Source of the DNA: an uncultured Methanolobus sp.
GTDB lineage: Archaea > Halobacteriota > Methanosarcinia > Methanosarcinales > Methanosarcinaceae
DNA length: 64,000 nucleotides
Direction of reading: 5' to 3'
NCBI GenBank assembly: GCA_963675495.1
Contig: OY776215.1
Location: 288,001-352,000 of the forward strand
Numbering within the stretch: the stretch's first letter is position 1; every line of letters starts with the position of its first letter. The notes beneath the pieces are model-generated. The model saw nothing but the letters and a program-made list of their open reading frames with translations, was not told the DNA's origin and searched no databases. A program made the translations under genes and the position numbers. Shown in pieces: positions 59,437-64,000 of the stretch.

Positions 59437-59657
59437 TTTTAATTTCAATAACTTATTTATGATTAACTCTGATGTCAGCAAAGATGATGACACAGTTCAT
59501 ACAAAGTTTATTTTATGAACTTATGTAGTTTGGGGTTTATTTTTACGCCAATTATTTATAATTAAAGAACAGTGAATTTTATGGGAGTATAACTTACACT
59601 GATTCCAATTCATGCAGACGAAGTTATACTTTAATGAAAAGACTATGGAGGTAGTTT

Positions 59658-59981
59658 ATGTCTGAGTGGATATTTGCTATAGAAGAAGATAAATTAAAAG
59701 AAGAAAAAATAAAGGTCATCAAAACAGGGAATAAACAAATAGCCCTGATTAAGAAGGAAAACAAAGTATATGCAATTTCAAACGAATGTCCACATGAAGG
59801 ATGCCCACTTAAGAACGGAAGCCTGGAAGATTATACACTCAAATGTGCATGCCATAACTGGGGCTTTGACATTCGCACAGGAGAGAATGTTGATACAGGC
59901 GAGTATATAGACATGGATGATCCAAAGGTTGAAACTTTTGAAGTACAAGTTGAAGACGGAAACATATCCATCCTTGTATGA
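59658..59981 (+). CDS. Rieske [2Fe-2S] ferredoxin
   Basis: CPHEGC and CACHNWGFDIRTG; GGAGG RBS. Confidence 0.93.
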   Translation: MSEWIFAIEEDKLKEEKIKVIKTGNKQIALIKKENKVYAISNECPHEGCPLKNGSLEDYTLKCACHNWGFDIRTGENVDTGEYIDMDDPKVETFEVQVEDGNISILV

Positions 59982-59994
59982 TCATTCTTTTTTA

Positions 59995-60738
59995 TTATTT
60001 TTGAAGTACAAAGAAAACATAACCATATTCATTTGAATACTGCCTGAAAAGTTCTATTTCTTTTCTGGAGAACTCAATTATGGATTCAGCTTCAGCATTG
60101 TCTTTGAAATTATCTTCTATTGAATCAAGTCTTTTCTCCAGAGGAACATAGTAATCATCCCACCAGGCAGATGACGATAACTTAAACTGGTCAATAATAG
60201 TATAGCCAGCAGTTTCAATTCTGTTTTCGTTTTGTGGAATTGTCGCTATATCGGAATAACATTCATTCCAGAACTGATAAATTTCCTCTGAAGAAGATTC
60301 TGTGAACCAGGCTGCCTCTGTAAGCGCCATAAAACCACCTTCTTTCAGGAAATGTTTCCAGTAATCAAGTCCTTTTTCAAAACCCATGATAAAAATAGCG
60401 CCTTCGCACCAGATAATATCAAATTCATTATCCTCAAAAGGCAAGTCATCCATGGAGGCACAAACAGTGGATATCCTGTCAGCAACTCCTTCGTCTACTG
60501 CCTTTTCCATAAGACTATCGAGGTATGGCTGGTAAACATCAACTGCAGTAATATGACAGTTATCACAAATCCTTGCAAGATGAATGGTCTGCATCCCTGT
60601 ACCGCAGCCTATATCCAAAATTTTTACATTTACAGGAAAATGTGAAAGCATAGTAAAGGCTTTTTCCGTACATTTATTGCTACCAGGGCCCTGTCTGGGT
60701 AAGCCATCAAATATTTCAGAAATTGCGGATTCGACCAT
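59995..60738 (-). CDS. Class I SAM-dependent methyltransferase
   Basis: LPRQGPGS, ILDIGCGTG, SMDDLPF, FDIIWCEGAI, YGYVFF. Confidence 0.92.
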   Translation of the reverse strand: MVESAISEIFDGLPRQGPGSNKCTEKAFTMLSHFPVNVKILDIGCGTGMQTIHLARICDNCHITAVDVYQPYLDSLMEKAVDEGVADRISTVCASMDDLPFEDNEFDIIWCEGAIFIMGFEKGLDYWKHFLKEGGFMALTEAAWFTESSSEEIYQFWNECYSDIATIPQNENRIETAGYTIIDQFKLSSSAWWDDYYVPLEKRLDSIEDNFKDNAEAESIIEFSRKEIELFRQYSNEYGYVFFVLQK

Positions 60739-60920
60739 GAAAAGACATTATAAGTATTGATAATAGTTTTTTGTGGTCCTCATATATCAAGATCATCAGA
60801 TCTACTAGATGTTAATGTTAAGAGAAGAGAAAAAAGACTAAGAATAGTTGTGAAAAAACACCAAAAATAGAAATAGAGTGAATATATCCTGATTATAAGG
60901 AGAAATCAAGGGGGATTTTA

Positions 60921-61958
60921 ATGAAAAGAATAATTATGATATTTCTGCTGACACTTGCTATTTTAAGCACAGGATGCACAGAAGAACAAAATGGTAAAAC
61001 AGATATCTCTGATAACGCAGTCATCACCCACCTATCATATGGCGCTTTCACTTTACAGGAAATGGCAGTACAGGAACTTATTGTTAATTCCACGGCTGTA
61101 AATTTTAGCTATTACAACTATGAAGATAAGCTAACAGCCAGATACGTTAAACCTATTGACGAGGAAACACGCAACAGTCTGATTGAACTTTTCAGGGATA
61201 ATGAATTCGTTGAGATGAACGAATTATACGAACCACAAGAAGGACAGCCAATTGTTGCTGACACCGGAACATTAGAGATTACAGTTGCACAGGAAGGAAT
61301 GGCTAAGACCGTAAAAGTTGATCCTTATTTCCATGAATACATGCCTGATGATCTCAGGGAAATAGATGAAGCTCTGGTTCAGTTAAGACGTTATGCGATC
61401 GCAATCTCTGAGGATGATGCAAAACTGATCGCTGAAGAATGGATCATGAATGCACCAACTTACAGTTTTGACGGTTCAGACCTCACTTTGACAGACCACC
61501 AGTACAATGAGGAAGAGCCTGAAATCCACGCCCTTACTTACACATTCGTCAGTAGTCATGGTGGTTACGGGAACAGGTCAGATCAGATGGCCACACAGGT
61601 CATTACCGAGCATACTATCGAGTTAGGATTATACAACGAAATAATCGAATCCGCAACAATTGACGGTGTATGGGATGAAATAAACCAGAACATGCAGGAG
61701 AAACTTGTTGAGATGGAATCCGAACAGATGTATTGCAACCAGTCACCATGGCAGCTCTGGTACGCTGAAGGAAACATCAACTTCCTGATAGAACCCACCG
61801 AGGAAGAGCTGGCAATTGCATATTTTGGCACGGTTCATGAAATAGCAATATCTGATTTCAATTCCTTAAACTTGAAGGACGGTATGTGCCAGTATAGCCT
61901 GAAATCTAAACAAAGCTATGTGGAAGCACTATCTAAAATGGGTTGGCAGCGGGTTTAA
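60921..61958 (+). CDS. Putative lipoprotein
   Basis: MKRII + hydrophobic stretch + LSTGC lipobox; acidic soluble body with HGGYGNRS motif. Confidence 0.8.
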   Translation: MKRIIMIFLLTLAILSTGCTEEQNGKTDISDNAVITHLSYGAFTLQEMAVQELIVNSTAVNFSYYNYEDKLTARYVKPIDEETRNSLIELFRDNEFVEMNELYEPQEGQPIVADTGTLEITVAQEGMAKTVKVDPYFHEYMPDDLREIDEALVQLRRYAIAISEDDAKLIAEEWIMNAPTYSFDGSDLTLTDHQYNEEEPEIHALTYTFVSSHGGYGNRSDQMATQVITEHTIELGLYNEIIESATIDGVWDEINQNMQEKLVEMESEQMYCNQSPWQLWYAEGNINFLIEPTEEELAIAYFGTVHEIAISDFNSLNLKDGMCQYSLKSKQSYVEALSKMGWQRV

Positions 61959-61969
61959 ACCCGTTGCCA
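61944..61969 (+). terminator. Hairpin centred on the stop codon of the lipoprotein gene
   Basis: TGGCAGCGGGTTTAAACCCGTTGCCA, near-perfect palindrome followed by T-runs. Confidence 0.65.
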
Positions 61970-62203
61970 CTTTTGGTTTTCGAATACATTTTTAAAGCTG
62001 CTTTTTTGAGCTGTTTGCAGTTTTTTTAATTATACATCGAATTAAGATGATCATTGAATAAAATCCCTTTTAAATCTCACTGAAAGTACGAATCTAAAGA
62101 GTTTTCATTTTGTAGATTCTACCACCATACTATTGCCTCATCAAAAAAATATTAATATTAAATTAAAAATAAGAGGAAAGGTATTCCCTTGATCAGGAAT
62201 GCC

Positions 62204-63553
62204 TCACGTGCTGATATTCATTTTTCCAACTATGTCTGATTCTGTTATCACTCCCTTGAAATTTCCGTTATCATCCACTACCAATGCCTTATACTCATGC
62301 TTCCTTTTCATCATGGAAATTACGTTCTTTAATGGGAGTCTGTCCTCTATTTTCAATATTGGAAGTGATTTTATAGAATTCAGTTTCTCATTAAGCAACC
62401 TACCATCTGCAAGAAGATTTATTATCATATCAGATGTGATTATACCTGAAGGTTCCTCATTTTTGTTCAAGACAGCAACTGAATGGATGTGCTCTTCATC
62501 CAGCAGCTTTACAGCATCATGCAGAGTTGATTCTTCATGAAGTGCAAAGATGCCTTCCTCCATAACGTCCCTAGCTCTGTCAATTGTCTTGCCGAATATG
62601 GCATCTGTAAATTTTACGTACCATGCAGCAGACTGCACTTGTATGATATATGCCAGTGCAATAATCATAGCTATGTCAGACCCCTGAGTTCCAAATACTG
62701 CCATTGCAAGAGCAAGAGCAATCGAAAGATTGCGCATAACCGTTCCGTATACAAGGGCGATACCATCCTCGCGGCTGAATACAAGCTTTGCCACCATTGT
62801 GCTCAATATAAAATTCAGGGCATAGAAAATCACAAGAGGGATTAGCAAATTGATAAGCATTGATGGTTGTGAAATGATTGTTTTAGATTTAAGGGACATA
62901 GCAACAAATACGATACCCAAAACTCCCAGTGTGGAAAGCATTGGGAACTTCTTCTTGATATCCTTGTGATATTTTGCCTCACCATATTTCCTGATAATAA
63001 AGAGCTGGGTGGCATATCCTGCTATCATTGGTAAAAACACGATCAGAGCTATTTGCCTGAATACATCGAGCAGAGGAATCTCTATAACAGCACCCATCAG
63101 CCATTTGGCATACAAAGGAGTTGCCAGTGATCCCGCAATAAGGCCAATTACAGTCATTTTGACCGCAGCATTCAGGTTACCTTTTGCAAAACCAGTCCAT
63201 GAGATAGTCATTCCACTTGTAGGCAGCAAAGATGCAAGCAGCAAACCAAGAGCTACCAAGGGCTCATCTGAAAAGAATATTCTGCCAAGTCCAAAAGCCA
63301 AGAACGGAATGATTGCAAAGTTGATCACCTGTGTTGCAACCTGTACTTTCGCATCTCCTCCCGAAAATACTTTTTTTATCTGGAGGTTGACCATCATCGG
63401 GTAAACCATCAGAAAAGTAAGAGGAATGATAAGAACTTTCAGAAAGGAGGATTCGTAATAATAACCGAATATTATACCGAGTACCATAAAGAGAGGGATA
63501 CTGTATACAAGATTCATCTGTAAATATGATATCTTTTTCCACATCACTTTCAC
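62204..63553 (-). CDS. Acr3/SBF (BART) family transporter fused to a C-terminal CBS pair
   Basis: MVYPMM, Q.INF...PFLAF, LPTSGMTISWTGFAKGN, MRNLSIALA; then two CBS motifs (ARDVM...GIIT.; ...GVITESDI). Confidence 0.88.
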   Translation of the reverse strand: MKVMWKKISYLQMNLVYSIPLFMVLGIIFGYYYESSFLKVLIIPLTFLMVYPMMVNLQIKKVFSGGDAKVQVATQVINFAIIPFLAFGLGRIFFSDEPLVALGLLLASLLPTSGMTISWTGFAKGNLNAAVKMTVIGLIAGSLATPLYAKWLMGAVIEIPLLDVFRQIALIVFLPMIAGYATQLFIIRKYGEAKYHKDIKKKFPMLSTLGVLGIVFVAMSLKSKTIISQPSMLINLLIPLVIFYALNFILSTMVAKLVFSREDGIALVYGTVMRNLSIALALAMAVFGTQGSDIAMIIALAYIIQVQSAAWYVKFTDAIFGKTIDRARDVMEEGIFALHEESTLHDAVKLLDEEHIHSVAVLNKNEEPSGIITSDMIINLLADGRLLNEKLNSIKSLPILKIEDRLPLKNVISMMKRKHEYKALVVDDNGNFKGVITESDIVGKMNIST

Positions 63554-64000
63554 CTCAATTTCAAAATATAGACCATTTTAAGAGTTGCCATCATTCTCAA
63601 CTACATATCTACCGGGCTGAAAACAACAATTTCCAGGATGATTACACACCCTCGAAAATCATTTCAACACTTTTGTCCAGTTATTATGTAATTAGAGGTA
63701 CAATTTAAACACTTTTAAGTGCGGACATTTCTCACTGTGAAAAAGAAGTACTGTTTAGTCTCCAATAAGAGAATAAAGTAAAAACAGCAGATTAAGACTG
63801 AAGAGAAAAGGGTCAAAGGCTTTACAGGGGAAGTTTCGATACACATGCCATAATTATGAAGGTTATGGAGGTTGGAGGTAGAATTGATGGCGTTGTGACC
63901 CATTTATTCTGTAAAGCCTATGATTTTTATTGTGGAGTTAAGTGTGAATTTGTAAGTGTGAATTGATAATTGTGATATATTAAAAAATATAAAGAAAGAA

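Noticed and set aside
1-64000. CRISPR array, cas genes, integrase or transposase
   Set aside because: No regularly spaced repeats and no ORF with such motifs seen; only the PolB relic suggests a mobile element.
1-64000. Pyrrolysine (TAG) read-through genes
   Set aside because: Genes ending in TAG (e.g. at 31814, 33570, 36595, 34520) already look full length, and where checked another stop follows within a few codons; no split methylamine methyltransferase is present.
63560-64000. Small ORFs at the right edge
   Set aside because: Short, no motifs or clear RBS; likely the upstream region of the transporter gene.

Overview
Archaeal genomic DNA, most likely a Methanosarcinaceae methylotrophic methanogen (Methanolobus/Methanococcoides-like). 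This is inferred from an MtaA/CmuA-family methyltransferase, a corrinoid cap domain, PGF-CTERM/PGF-pre-PGF surface proteins, stand-alone TRAM proteins, aIF-1A and DUF1724-type regulators. About 55 CDSs and one tRNA-Leu(TAA) are present. The left half (about 3.7-32.6 kb, ending at the tRNA 3' end) is an accessory stress/detoxification region (VOC proteins, three DUF4386 genes, Hcp, KefF/KefC, GNAT, SnoaL, EamA, radical SAM enzymes). It holds three unannotated gene relics, including a frameshifted casposon-type PolB C-terminus 1.8 kb from the tRNA. The right half is more core-like. Most notable are: (1) a two-gene cohesin-dockerin cassette (secreted LamG-LamG-cohesin-dockerin protein plus a membrane-anchored single cohesin) that could build a self-extending adhesin chain; (2) an aIF-1A gene that can only start at a non-canonical CTG codon, inside a TRAM/aIF-1A/DEAD-box cluster; (3) a leader motif shared by two distant TRAM paralogues; (4) the PolB relic at tRNA-Leu. 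All family calls come from motif recognition by eye; no database searches were run.
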